Below, in pieces: positions 42,460 through 53,100 of a stretch of DNA of 64,000 nucleotides. Numbering within the stretch: the stretch's first letter is position 1; each line of letters opens with the position of its first letter. Source of the DNA: a virus. The DNA lies in IMG/VR virus record IMGVR_UViG_3300045284_000065, positions 27,555 to 91,554 of that record; one strand, 5' to 3'. Below the pieces are notes generated by a model. It did not search any database. It saw only the letters and a program-made list of their open reading frames with translations, and had not been told where the DNA came from. A program made the position numbers and the translations under genes.

Positions 42460-44868
42460 TTAGCTGAAGGCCTGGACTTCGTTGGTGAACTGGCTGCTGG
42501 TGATCTGCGTGATCTTGATCACCACGAACTCGGCGGGGTACTCCAGCGCCACGCCGATCTCCATCCGCACCTCGCCCGACGAGATGACGTTGATGGTGTT
42601 GATCGTTGAGTCACACCGGATGTAATACGCCTGGTTGGGCGAGGTGCCCCGCAGGCCTCCGCGCTCCCACAGGGGCCGGAGGATGTTGTCGGCCGTGATG
42701 CGGAGGCTGGACCACAGGCGCTCATCGTTGTTCTCGAAGATGGCGTACTGGGTCGAGCGACGCAGCTGCTCCTTGATGTTGATCAGGGTGCGGCGAGCCG
42801 AGATGTAGTGGTCCGGGCCGTAGCTCTTGCGAGTACGAGCGCCCATGACGCAGATGCCCGCCCCGACCACCGGCCGGATGATGTTGACATCGGCGTGGTT
42901 GAGGTCGCCCAGTTCGGTGTCGGTGAACTTGGCCTGCACGCCCACGGCGTTGGTCAGCGTGGCGATCACACCAGCCGGTGCCCGGTGGAACCCGATGGTG
43001 GCATCGATGCGGGCCATGACGCCCATCACCGCCCCACCGGACGGGATCGGGATGACCGCCCCGACCTGGGTCGGGTGGGGGATCAGGATCCACGGCCCGT
43101 AGCTCGCCGTGTAGGAGGTCTGGTCGTAGATCAGATCGTTCTTCATCTCCACGGCGTAGCTGGAGGTCGCGTAGCTCACCGTGTAGTCCTTGGCCTGGGC
43201 GAAGTCGTTGAAGACCATCACGTCTTCCCGGTCGCTGAAGCTCGACGGGGAGAAGTTCGCCCCGACGAGGACCGACCCACCATCGTTCAACTCACCCGGA
43301 CGATCGCGGAACGTCTCGTCAGCGAGGTAGGAGGCGATGTTGATGACGAGCGGTCCTTCGACCCCACCGAGGTTCATCGGCGCTGTCTGGAGGTCCGAGG
43401 CGGTCGGCCAATCCGGGTCGTCGCCACCGGCCAGGAGCACCTGAGTGAGCTTCTCGACGGGCTGCTCGACGTTGAGGTTGAGGTTGGTGATCCGCACGAA
43501 GCGGGACCCGCCGAGGGAGTCGTTGATGGCCGAGTCGACCCGGCGCGTCCCGGCAAGTTCGCCGCGCACCGAGAGGCCCTGGAACCGCTCCAGCGTCTCG
43601 TAGTTGATCCCATCAGGCTGCAGCTGAAGGATCTCCAGCGAGAAGTTCCTCGGCTCGTTGACGTTGACCCCGAGGCGATAGGCGATCTTGTTGCCCCAGT
43701 CGCCAGCGCTGATGGCGTTGATCCTGAAGGCCGTCAGAGGGGTGGTCGCCCCATCGGTGACGCTCACCTTCGCCGTGGCCCCGTAGGTGCCCGCCGTCTC
43801 GGCCTTGGCCGCTCGCACGATCCAGGCGAAGCGCCCACCGTTCTGGAAGAACGAGTACACGCTGAAGGGCAGGTACGACAGGGCCTTGGGCGCTGCCGTG
43901 GTGACCACGGTGCCGGGGAACTGCCCCGAGGCCCACACCCCGTTGTTGGCACCGATCGTGCCCGACTGCGGACCAGGGGTCCACGCCGTGCCCGACCAGC
44001 TGAAGGCCCAGGGACCGATCCAGATGACCTGGCCCGAGGTCCACGCTGTCGCTGGTACGGCGACGTAGCCCTCACCGGACACACCGGGGACGGTCGTGGC
44101 GACAGTGATGCCAGGCGTGGTGCCGGTCAGGCTGGCGACGTTGACGACGATGGGGCTGACATCTCCGTAGAGGCCACCGCCGTAGGTCACCGTGAACGCC
44201 GTCGTGGCGATCGGGCCACCGGCCACCGTGATGGAGTTGCCGGGGATGGCCGTGTCGATCGCCGCCTTGACCTGCGCGGCGGTGGCGTCCCAGGCGATGT
44301 TGGCCGTGGTCACCCCAAGCGTCGTCAAGGTCCAGGTGCCACCCGAGATGGTGCCCGACTTGGTGAGGGTCTGCACCTCGTTGACCGAGAGCAGCTTGGC
44401 GGCGTTGGTGGCGTCGCTGGCCGTGATGTCGGGGTCGGCGGCAAAGGCCTGACCCGGAGCAGCAGCCTGCCGGTTGGTCGCCAAGGCCGGGAGGTTGTAG
44501 TACGCCTTCGAGTTGTCGCCCAAGCGGACGTACTCACCCGGAGTGTTGAAGTTCGGCGGGCCGACGAACTTGCCGTTGCCCTTGGTGGCGTGCGCCTGCA
44601 GGGTGGTGAAGTTGGTCGGAGCGCCCGAGGGGAACGCGCTCCCGGTGAGGTCGAAGGGATCGGTCCCGGCCGGGGCCGGGATGGCATCGAACCCGCCGAA
44701 GACCGTGAAGTAGTCGCTCCACGATTCGACGAGAAGGGGGGTGTTGACCGGCCCCTTGGGGGCCAGTCCGACGAAGGCGGCAACCGTGGTGGTTCCGGCA
44801 ACGTCGGAGGGGTTCAGGAGGAGAGACTCCTCCAGGTAGACGCCTGGACGGCGGTAGGTGCTGGGCAT
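42460..44868 (-). CDS. Contractile tail sheath protein with nested inserted domains
   Basis: RPGVYLEE, AFVGLAPKGP, FFQNGG, GDWGN, RAPAG, GART, FENND, PAEFVVI. Confidence 0.95.
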   Translation of the reverse strand: MPSTYRRPGVYLEESLLLNPSDVAGTTTVAAFVGLAPKGPVNTPLLVESWSDYFTVFGGFDAIPAPAGTDPFDLTGSAFPSGAPTNFTTLQAHATKGNGKFVGPPNFNTPGEYVRLGDNSKAYYNLPALATNRQAAAPGQAFAADPDITASDATNAAKLLSVNEVQTLTKSGTISGGTWTLTTLGVTTANIAWDATAAQVKAAIDTAIPGNSITVAGGPIATTAFTVTYGGGLYGDVSPIVVNVASLTGTTPGITVATTVPGVSGEGYVAVPATAWTSGQVIWIGPWAFSWSGTAWTPGPQSGTIGANNGVWASGQFPGTVVTTAAPKALSYLPFSVYSFFQNGGRFAWIVRAAKAETAGTYGATAKVSVTDGATTPLTAFRINAISAGDWGNKIAYRLGVNVNEPRNFSLEILQLQPDGINYETLERFQGLSVRGELAGTRRVDSAINDSLGGSRFVRITNLNLNVEQPVEKLTQVLLAGGDDPDWPTASDLQTAPMNLGGVEGPLVINIASYLADETFRDRPGELNDGGSVLVGANFSPSSFSDREDVMVFNDFAQAKDYTVSYATSSYAVEMKNDLIYDQTSYTASYGPWILIPHPTQVGAVIPIPSGGAVMGVMARIDATIGFHRAPAGVIATLTNAVGVQAKFTDTELGDLNHADVNIIRPVVGAGICVMGARTRKSYGPDHYISARRTLINIKEQLRRSTQYAIFENNDERLWSSLRITADNILRPLWERGGLRGTSPNQAYYIRCDSTINTINVISSGEVRMEIGVALEYPAEFVVIKITQITSSQFTNEVQAFS

Positions 44869-44934
44869 TGTCGCTCCTCTGTTGTGACGTGATGACAACG
44901 AGTGCGACGACGTGTGCTACGGGTCTGATGACTG

Positions 44935-45768
44935 TTACGGCGTTTCAGGTGGACGTTCGTTGGTGATGTGGAAGAACTCGCCTCCTTCCTCACGCTCGGC
45001 CTGAGTGAAGGTGGTGAGGGGGGTCGGCTGGTTGTGGAGGAAGGACTCGTAGTACGAGTCGAAGCGCTCCAGGTCGACGCCGACGATGAGCGACCGCAGG
45101 ACCTTGTAGACCATCCCGTCGTCCTCGGTGAGCCGGGACTGCGGAATCTCGGCCTGCATCGAGATGGTCCACGCCTTGCGGAAGATGCGCTTGGTGCCCG
45201 ACTCGGTCGTCTCGATGGTGTTGTTGGGCACCATGTCGAGGTTCTCGGTGCGTCGCCAGGTGTCGTCGGCTGGGCACCGGATGTGGAAGGGGCGCACCGG
45301 GAAGATGTCGGTCATGAAGATCGACGTGAGGTAGCGGTCGTGCAGATTGGACCGGGCGAAGGTGGTCACCTGGAACATCATGCGGAACGGGAGGTAGGCC
45401 TTCAGCTGCCACTCGGTGTTGCCGAACGGGGGCGGCGGTAGCCCGGGCGAGAAGCTCGGCCGGTACAGCGTCCTGGTCGGGTCGTAGTGGTCCTCGTTGG
45501 AGAGGTAGTAGTCGCTGTGGAACAGGTCGAACGCCGGTTCGACGTTGATCAGGTCGATGATGATGAACGGATAGCGAATCTGACGCTCGCCCTCGGGGAA
45601 GCGGAACCACACCGGCACCTTGACCGGTGGGGCCGTGGGAGAGGCGGGCACGGCGGGCACGGTCAGGCCCGACAGGTGCTCCTTGAGCGCCGCCTCCTCG
45701 GCCAGGATGAAGCCGCGGTGGCCGTCGAGATCCGGCTCGGCCAGGAGGGGGTAGGTGTCAGTGCCCAC
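44935..45768 (-). CDS. Tail terminator / sheath stabiliser
   Basis: Located directly upstream of the sheath; VPVWF..PE....YPFI..D motif. Confidence 0.65.
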   Translation of the reverse strand: MGTDTYPLLAEPDLDGHRGFILAEEAALKEHLSGLTVPAVPASPTAPPVKVPVWFRFPEGERQIRYPFIIIDLINVEPAFDLFHSDYYLSNEDHYDPTRTLYRPSFSPGLPPPPFGNTEWQLKAYLPFRMMFQVTTFARSNLHDRYLTSIFMTDIFPVRPFHIRCPADDTWRRTENLDMVPNNTIETTESGTKRIFRKAWTISMQAEIPQSRLTEDDGMVYKVLRSLIVGVDLERFDSYYESFLHNQPTPLTTFTQAEREEGGEFFHITNERPPETP

Positions 45769-46144
45769 TGTAAGGCACCCGCGTTCCCGGCCCGAAGGCT
45801 GCCGCCATGTGATCACCTGCAGCCGCGTACCCAGCGCGCGCATCGGCCTGGGCGGTGCGGAACAGCGGGGAAGGAGGCGTCACCTCGTCGCCGTACTCCA
45901 GCAGCATCGCCTGGGAGACACGCTCCTGGTTGTTCACGCCGATGACGAGCATGCCGTCCTGGGACCACACCGAGATGTCGTCGGCCAGCTGCGCCCAGTG
46001 CTCGTCCTGGCGGGCACGCTCCTGCACCCGGTCCTGCATCACGGTGATCGCCTTCGCCTGGGCCGCATTGGCCTCTAACGCCAGCCGTTGGGCATAGCGG
46101 GCTATGTCAGCGGACAGGCCGCTGAGATCGATCGTGGTAGCCAC
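45758..46144 (-). CDS. Head-tail joining / virion morphogenesis protein
   Basis: LEYGDE..PP.PLFR motif reminiscent of HK97 gp10-like proteins; gene position. Confidence 0.55.
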   Translation of the reverse strand: MATTIDLSGLSADIARYAQRLALEANAAQAKAITVMQDRVQERARQDEHWAQLADDISVWSQDGMLVIGVNNQERVSQAMLLEYGDEVTPPSPLFRTAQADARAGYAAAGDHMAAAFGPGTRVPYSGH

Positions 46145-46224
46145 GGGTTCTCCCGGTGCAGCTGGGCGATGTGGTCGGGAGCCGCGCAGCCCCTGACGCC
46201 AGCGACGTTAGCCCATGAGGCTGC

Positions 46225-48063
46225 TCAGGCAGCGGACTCCAAGGCCTCGACGCGCCCGATGATCTCCAGGAGGGTGGCGATGGTCAGCGTGATCGTCTTG
46301 GAGTAGTCGAGCATCTGGTGCTTGGGCGAGCCAGGAGCGACACCAGCGGCCTCGGCCTCTTCGGCCGAGTACACCTCGTCGGGCTGGCCGTCGACCGCCT
46401 CGGGCACGATGTTCATCACCTCGTCAGCGATCAGGGCATCAGTCTCACCGCGGTCGGAGTCGTTGTTCCACGTCACCCGGTACGGCTGGAAGGCCTTGAA
46501 CCGAGCCACCGCACCGAGGATCGGGGACACGATCGTCTTGGCCCGACGATCGGAGGTCTCGTTGAACTTGACCCCGGTGGTGCCGTTCTGAGTGATCGAA
46601 CCGATCGGCGTGGCTCCATAGGCGAACTGGGCGAACATCTGACCGCTGGTAGAGGCGCTACCGATGTGGCGGCAGTAGAGGTTCTGGATGCTGGCTGCCG
46701 AGGTCGTGGTGCGGATCGAACCTTCAGCACCGGAACCAGCGCCGTACATCTCGATCCCAGCGTTGTTGAGGTCCGCTGCTGCCTTGCCCCAAATGAAGGC
46801 GTTGCTCAACATCATGCCCTGGAAGACGCCGTTCGGGGAGAAGTTGATCTGGCCACCGGCACCGGTCTGGAAGGTGATGTCGCCCGCCCCCGTAGTGAGC
46901 AGCCGAAGCAACCCGGTGCTGAGAGCATTGCTAACCCGCAACTCGGTGGTGCCGTTGAAGCCCACATACCCGGCGTTCCCTGTCGGAGCAGCCGTCGTAC
47001 CGCTCCCGTAGAACCCCATGTAGCAGTTGTTGCCGCCAGCCGTGGTGTCGATCAGGACGACCTGCCCACCGTTGCCCCCGGCACGAATCTGAACGCCCGA
47101 GTAGATGTAGCTGTTGACGGCGGCGGTACCCGAAGCAGTGAGGTTGCCGGTGATGTCGACACCCAGGTTGTCGACGTGAAGCTTCTCAGCGTTGGCAACG
47201 AAGAACCGGTGGACCGACGTGGTCAACTCGGCGGCGTAGTTCATGTATCCCGGCATTCCCTGGATGTATCCAAACCGGGTGCTGCCCACCACCGGGTTGA
47301 ACTGAATGAAGGGAGCGTCACCGCCACGGGTGAAGTACAGAGGGCCGGTCATCGTGTCGCCAGCGACGGCCACGCGCGCACCATCGCCAGCGGCGATCTG
47401 CGCGTCGACATAGTCCTTGCGAGCGGCGGCGTTGGCCGTGGTGTCCTGGGCCGCAGTGCAGAGGAACCGGGTCGCCTGCATGCTCCCTGCCGCCGAGACC
47501 ATGGAGGAGAACGCTGCCGTCCCGACCACCTTGAGGTTGCCTGCCGACAGGGTCAGCACGTCGGCACCGGCCGCACCGTTGAGGGTCAACGACGGGGCCA
47601 GGATCGGGGAGTCCGAGATGAGGTTGGCAGGAGAGGTCGTCAGCTTGGCCGTGCGGTTGCCACCGCCCGCAGCGGTGAAGACCGACACCGTGTCGGCCTG
47701 GAACCCGGCCGAGGTGACGAAGTCGATCGAGGAGCGCAGCTTGGTGTTGGAGAACACCAACCCGGCACCGCTCGCGCTGATGTGAGCGAACGTCGCCGTA
47801 CCTGTCGCCCCGGTACCCGAGGAGACGAGACGCACCAAGCGCGACGACAGCAGGGGGATCCACTCCCCTGACCACACGCTGACGGTGTCGGTGGACTGCA
47901 CGTAGACGGCCTGCCCAGTCTGCGGGTTGGCAGGACGCGAGGCGTCGTCGGCATATCGCAATATGCCGCGGTACTGAAGAAAGTCACCGTCCTCCTTGCG
48001 CCAGTTGTGGGTCCAGTTGATCCACCCTGCCGGGCCATAGGTGGTGGGGAGCGGTTCAGCCAT
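46225..48063 (-). CDS. Fibre protein with a C-terminal intramolecular chaperone (peptidase S74-like)
   Basis: AARKDYVD, VAGDTMTG, TSDRRAK...LIADEV...PEAV...DYSK plus a coiled-coil end. Confidence 0.85.
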   Translation of the reverse strand: MAEPLPTTYGPAGWINWTHNWRKEDGDFLQYRGILRYADDASRPANPQTGQAVYVQSTDTVSVWSGEWIPLLSSRLVRLVSSGTGATGTATFAHISASGAGLVFSNTKLRSSIDFVTSAGFQADTVSVFTAAGGGNRTAKLTTSPANLISDSPILAPSLTLNGAAGADVLTLSAGNLKVVGTAAFSSMVSAAGSMQATRFLCTAAQDTTANAAARKDYVDAQIAAGDGARVAVAGDTMTGPLYFTRGGDAPFIQFNPVVGSTRFGYIQGMPGYMNYAAELTTSVHRFFVANAEKLHVDNLGVDITGNLTASGTAAVNSYIYSGVQIRAGGNGGQVVLIDTTAGGNNCYMGFYGSGTTAAPTGNAGYVGFNGTTELRVSNALSTGLLRLLTTGAGDITFQTGAGGQINFSPNGVFQGMMLSNAFIWGKAAADLNNAGIEMYGAGSGAEGSIRTTTSAASIQNLYCRHIGSASTSGQMFAQFAYGATPIGSITQNGTTGVKFNETSDRRAKTIVSPILGAVARFKAFQPYRVTWNNDSDRGETDALIADEVMNIVPEAVDGQPDEVYSAEEAEAAGVAPGSPKHQMLDYSKTITLTIATLLEIIGRVEALESAA

Positions 48064-48071
48064 TGGTCCTC

Positions 48072-48527
48072 CTAGAGCACCAGAATGATGACGAAGGCCA
48101 CATTGGCCTTGGCGTTAGGGATCGTGCCCTGACCCGACTTCCAGGTGATCGGGACGGTGACATCGGAAGCGCCGAAGACCGCAGGTCCGGTCACGTTGAA
48201 GCGGTGGATGTTGGCGGCATTGTTCCAGTCGTTGATGCGGATCTGCGCTCCCGCTCCCAACTGCTGGAACACAGCGGTGCGGTCAGCACCATCGCTGTCG
48301 AGCAGACGGAAGACAGCGTTGTGGGCGAGCGTGAGGTTGGCGTTGTCGAAGCGCACCTGGTTGCCGGTGGGCGGGGGGGCCAGGCTGGAGTACTGCCAGG
48401 CGTAGCTGTTGTAGATGTACTCGGGCTTGTCTTCCACGGTGGTGAGGCGCGCTTCGATCGTCGCTAGGTAATCGTTGAGGTCCTGGCCCCAGGGGTCCTG
48501 GCCGATGGTCGGTGGTGTGTTGCTCAT
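48072..48527 (-). CDS. Small virion accessory protein
   Basis: PTIGQDPWGQDLNDYL N-terminus, a short coil and a beta domain. Confidence 0.65.
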   Translation of the reverse strand: MSNTPPTIGQDPWGQDLNDYLATIEARLTTVEDKPEYIYNSYAWQYSSLAPPPTGNQVRFDNANLTLAHNAVFRLLDSDGADRTAVFQQLGAGAQIRINDWNNAANIHRFNVTGPAVFGASDVTVPITWKSGQGTIPNAKANVAFVIILVL

Positions 48528-49120
48528 TGGGTACCTCCATATGGCCCTGAGCCGTATGGCCCCATCCCGTAGCTGCTCACCGTCAATGGCGGCACCACCG
48601 AGTCGATGACTCCACCAAGCCCCCCGGGGACGTAGTCGAGGAGCATGTCGTCGTCCAGGAACGTCTCGATGCCTGCGATGCCGATGACCACGTCCTCGCC
48701 CTTGAGACGGCCCCGGATCTGGTAGCCAGCCACTTCCCAGAATCGACTGTTGTAGTAGAAGAGGTCGTGGTTGCGGTCGTGACGCCAGATCTCCGACGAT
48801 GACTCACTGGTGAGCATGTTGCCGTGGGCGTCGGTCACCGAGAGGCCCGCCTCGTACATGTTGCGCGACGACACGGCGCAACGCATGCGCTCGGTGGGAC
48901 GACGCCCCTCGGGGCTGTAGTCCTCCACGGCCTCGGACTGGTCGACCCACAGGATCGGGATGCGGATGCCCTTGGCGTACTTGCGGAAGCCCTCGTCGTA
49001 CACCTCGTCGTAGACGGAGGTGTCACCGTCGAAGCGGTAGTAGATGATGGCCTCACCCACGTCGCGCTGGTAGCGGCCGAAGTGCTTCCAGATCTGAGCA
49101 ACCTCGCGGCGCGACTCCAT
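48524..49120 (-). CDS. Head closure / neck protein
   Basis: GEAIIYYRFD...YDEVYDEG; position in the neck cluster. Confidence 0.6.
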   Translation of the reverse strand: MESRREVAQIWKHFGRYQRDVGEAIIYYRFDGDTSVYDEVYDEGFRKYAKGIRIPILWVDQSEAVEDYSPEGRRPTERMRCAVSSRNMYEAGLSVTDAHGNMLTSESSSEIWRHDRNHDLFYYNSRFWEVAGYQIRGRLKGEDVVIGIAGIETFLDDDMLLDYVPGGLGGVIDSVVPPLTVSSYGMGPYGSGPYGGTQ

Positions 49121-49383
49121 CAGTAGTCCCTCGTCCCGATGGTGACCCAGCCGATGTCCTGACCGTTGCGGTACCACTCCTCGCGCGAGCGCCGCACGGG
49201 GTAGCGCCGGGAGATGTACGGGTTCGGCCCGGTCACGTAGGTGGACAGGGGGATGACGTAGTTGTTCGGGAAAGCCAGTTGCGCCAGTGCTGTGCGCTTG
49301 GGCTGCCAGGGGGACTGGGAGTAGCGGTGCCTCGGGTTCTGGCGCAGAAAGTAGGCCGGATTGCCGTAGTAGTCGCTGTACAT
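49120..49383 (-). CDS. Hypothetical protein
   Basis: TGATG overlaps on both sides. Confidence 0.6.
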   Translation of the reverse strand: MYSDYYGNPAYFLRQNPRHRYSQSPWQPKRTALAQLAFPNNYVIPLSTYVTGPNPYISRRYPVRRSREEWYRNGQDIGWVTIGTRDY

Positions 49384-50132
49384 CAGAGGTTGCTGTCGTA
49401 GAGGATGTCGATCACCTCGACATCAGTCGACTGTGTGCCCTCGGGGATCGCCGGGTAGATGCGCTCAGGCGGGCGGGGGTCATCGAACTCACGATCGATG
49501 TACACCGGCACGAAGCGCCCGGTCATCTTGGCCACCCGGCGCAGGCGCGACTGATCGAGGGAGTTGAGGCCCATGTTCAGCATCGCCGCCTTGTTGTTGT
49601 ACTCCGTCTCGAAGTTCTGGAGCATCTGGACGACCTGGGTGAAGCGCTGGCGGGCCGGGATGAACATGCCCTCGGGCGTCGATACGTCGATATCGAGCGA
49701 CAGTTCCATCGCCAGCGACCACAGGGCGGAGACCACTCCGCCGAGCATGATCACGTCGTAGTGGACCGGCTGGAAGGTCGTCACGTCGCCGCCGTAGCTC
49801 ACCTCATGGACCGACTTGCCGACGTGGAAGGCCAGGTCAGCGTCCGAGAACCAGGTGTAGTGGTACCCGGCCACCACCAGCGACTTGCCGAGATCGGCAG
49901 CCTCGGTGAGCTTCAGCAACCCGGCGCGCTCGTCCAGCTGCCAGTCCGTGGTCAACGATGCAGCGCCAGCGTCGGGAGTGACGTAGACCTGCAGCGAGGA
50001 CGGGGCGATCAGGGGATGTGGGAGGCGCACCGTGAGCACGTTGAGCACCCCGGCGTCGACCTCGAAGTACTGGGGGAAGTCCCGCAGGTAGTTGCGTGCC
50101 CCGGCGGTCAGGTCATCAGTGGTGGTGGGCAT
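49383..50132 (-). CDS. Head-tail adaptor / neck protein
   Basis: GGAGG RBS; YTWFSDADL, DIDVSTPEG..IP..QRF, RLRRVAK.TGR.VP; gene position. Confidence 0.65.
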   Translation of the reverse strand: MPTTTDDLTAGARNYLRDFPQYFEVDAGVLNVLTVRLPHPLIAPSSLQVYVTPDAGAASLTTDWQLDERAGLLKLTEAADLGKSLVVAGYHYTWFSDADLAFHVGKSVHEVSYGGDVTTFQPVHYDVIMLGGVVSALWSLAMELSLDIDVSTPEGMFIPARQRFTQVVQMLQNFETEYNNKAAMLNMGLNSLDQSRLRRVAKMTGRFVPVYIDREFDDPRPPERIYPAIPEGTQSTDVEVIDILYDSNL

Positions 50133-50166
50133 GGGGATACCTCCATATGGAGCGTAGATGATCGCC

Positions 50167-53100
50167 TCATGGCCAGACCTGGACTGCTCCGACGTAGACC
50201 CGGTCCACCGCCCGATCACCGAGGAAGATGGCGTCGGCGTAGTTGAGGACGATCGCCGTCTCCTCCCTGATGCCGGGGGAACCGGCAGTGTGAGCGTGGA
50301 ACGCTGCCTCCAGGATCAGCGTGATGCTAAAGACGAGAGTGATGATCTCGGCGGTGTGGGCATGGAAGGCCGAGTCGATGGCGAGGTTGTGAATCTGCGT
50401 GTACGCAACATCAGAAGCGGTCTGAGCGTGAACAGCGTCGGCAACGACGAGCATCGGGACGGCGTAGAGGACGACGTTGCCAGCGCTGTGGGCGAGCAGC
50501 CCGTCCGCCGCTGTGATGACGTGGACCTGGGTGATGGCCGGTACTTCGGCCGACTGCAAGTGGGCGCTGTCGGCAACGAGCAGCGTGGATCCACCGGCCA
50601 GCGAGATGGTCGTGGCGACAGAGGCGTGGAGTGCGCTGTCCATCGCCAGGTTGTGGATCTGACCCAGGTCGGGGCTGGCGACGGTGGAGGCGTGTACCGC
50701 ATCAGCCACCGTCAGGTTGTGGACCTGGAACAGCGCCAGGTTGTCGGTGACGGCGTGCGCTGCGTCCTGCACCACCACGTTGTTGGCGAGGGTGAAGGTG
50801 ACGTTGTCAGCAACGGAGGCGTGCTGGGCGGCACCGACCACCAACGCCGGGGTGATGATTGTGTTATCAGCAGCGTGGGCGTGGACAGCGTCCTGGGTGG
50901 CCAGGTTGTAGCTGTTGGTGACGGTGTCGGCTACGGAGGCATGGACAGCGCCCTGTACGCCGTCCATGTTGATGTTGAGCGGGCCGACGTTGTCAGTGAC
51001 CTGGTTGTGGAGGGCGCTCTGGATGGCCAGGTCGCCCTGCATCTGCAAGGTGACGTTGTCGGTGATCTGAGCGTGGCTGGCACCCTGCACCACCAGATCG
51101 ACAACGAGCAGGACATCGGGTGACGTGACAGCGTGCGCTGTGCCCTGGACAGCCGGATCGACACCGAGGATCGGAGCTTGCGCCACGGAGGCGTGGGCTG
51201 CATCGGCAGCGGCGAGAACGACGTAGTTGAGGACCACTCCGTCAGCGGCGGAAGCATGCGTGCTGCCCTGGGGGTAGAGGTCAACAGCGAGGAGGGCGTT
51301 GTCGGCTACGGCGTGAACAGCCGCTGCGACCACCAGCATCGGGACGGCGTAGAGCGTCGGAGCGTCGGCAGCGTGAGCGTGTGTCGCACCCTGAGCGACG
51401 ACGACGTTCTCCACGACCACGTTGTCTGCAAGGGGCAGGTGACCTGCTGCCTGGACGACGAGGTCAACGCCGAGGGAGACGTTGTCGGTGGCGTGGGCAT
51501 GCAGCGCATCAGCGACGGTGAGAGAGGCACCGAGGCCGACGTTGTCCGAGAGAGTGGCGTGAATGGCGTCAGCGGGAGCCAGGACGACGTAGTTGAGGGT
51601 GACGCTGTCGGCAATGGGAGCGTGTATCGCTGCCTGAGCGGCAAGGTCTACGACGAGGAACGGGCTGGCTGCGGTGGGGGCATGGAGTGCGTCGGCAGGA
51701 GCCAGCACCACGTAGTTGAGTACGGCGTTATCGGTGACAGCGTGAGCGGCGCTACCTACGACAAGATCGACACCGAGCGCCACGTTTGCGGCGGTATGGG
51801 CATGCGCTGCGTCCTGGACGACGAGGTTGGTGCTGGGGACGAAGAGGACGACGTTGTCAGCGACAGGAGCGTGAGTGGCGCTCTGGACAACGAGATCGAC
51901 CACCAGCGGGACATCGATGATGCCGCCAGCAGGAGGGACGGGCGCGTCGAGGAGGTGGGTCGCCACCGGACCCGAGACGATGGCTCCCTGCTCCCACCAG
52001 ATCCACTTCTGATCGTTGAGCGGATCGTTGTCCGGGGCGTAGAACATCCCGTTCCGCATCGAGTAATGCAGGAAGAGGTTGGCCGTGCGCTGCACGGCGT
52101 ACGTCGTCATCTCGGCTTCAAGCTGGGCCTGGGTCAGCGCCGCTGTCCAGCACTTGAAGGCGCAGCCCATCGAGTAGGGGTTGCTGCCGTACTCACCGGA
52201 CAGCACACGCAGCTTCAGGCCGGTGATCGTGCCCTTGCTGGCGTTGTGGACCGTGGAGAGGGTCGATGTCCCCTGCGGTGCCCAGTAGAGATCAGTGCCC
52301 CCGGTGATCGACCGGGACATGGCGAGGAAGACCCAGGTGTTGAGCGGGACGGTGTAGCCAGCGGAGAAGTCTCCGGTGTCCATGTACTGACGGATCGAAC
52401 CATCGGGGGCAACCGATGTGCTGCAGTAGGTGCTGCCGCCACTGAACAGCGACCACACGTCGGTGGAGATGGCGCACCGACCCTCGTACCGCACCCAGCC
52501 GCACCACGACAGGTCGGTGTCGCTGGGGAAGGCGTTGCTGTTGCCGTTGAGCGCGATGGCCTTGCCGTTGGACAGCATCCGCATGGAGCCATCCGTCACC
52601 GGCAGCGGGGGCGAGGCGAGATCTACAACGGTGAGGTCATCAACGATGGTCGGCGGGGAGCCGTAGGAACGGAAGCCGATTGCGCCACCGACGATGGGAG
52701 CACCCTGGGTGTCGGTCTGTGGTGAAGAATCAGTGGCGTCGATCTGCCAGGTGCCAGGTTCGGCCGAGCCGTCGTTCCACCACTTGACCTTGTGGCTGGT
52801 GCCGACCACACGGACCTTCCACCAGCGCACGCCCGCAGCGTTGAGTGACGCATCGGTGAAGTTGCCGATGCTGGTGTACGCACCCACCTTGTAGAGATCG
52901 ACACGCCCAGCGGGCGCTACCTGAGCGACGTAGCCCGACGATGCGGCGTAGCCGCCCAGCCCGTCGTACAGACGCCAGCAGATCTCCGGGTAGTTGGGGT
53001 TGGCTGTTTGCCACTCCACCTTCACCGTCATCTCGAAATCGGTGACGTACTTATCGGAGGACGCCACAGAGGGTCCACCGGACGGTGTGACAATGCCCTT

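Noticed and set aside
32090-44868. Stand-alone contractile injection system (eCIS/tailocin)
   Set aside because: Portal, scaffold, capsid and full replication genes are contiguous, so this is a phage.
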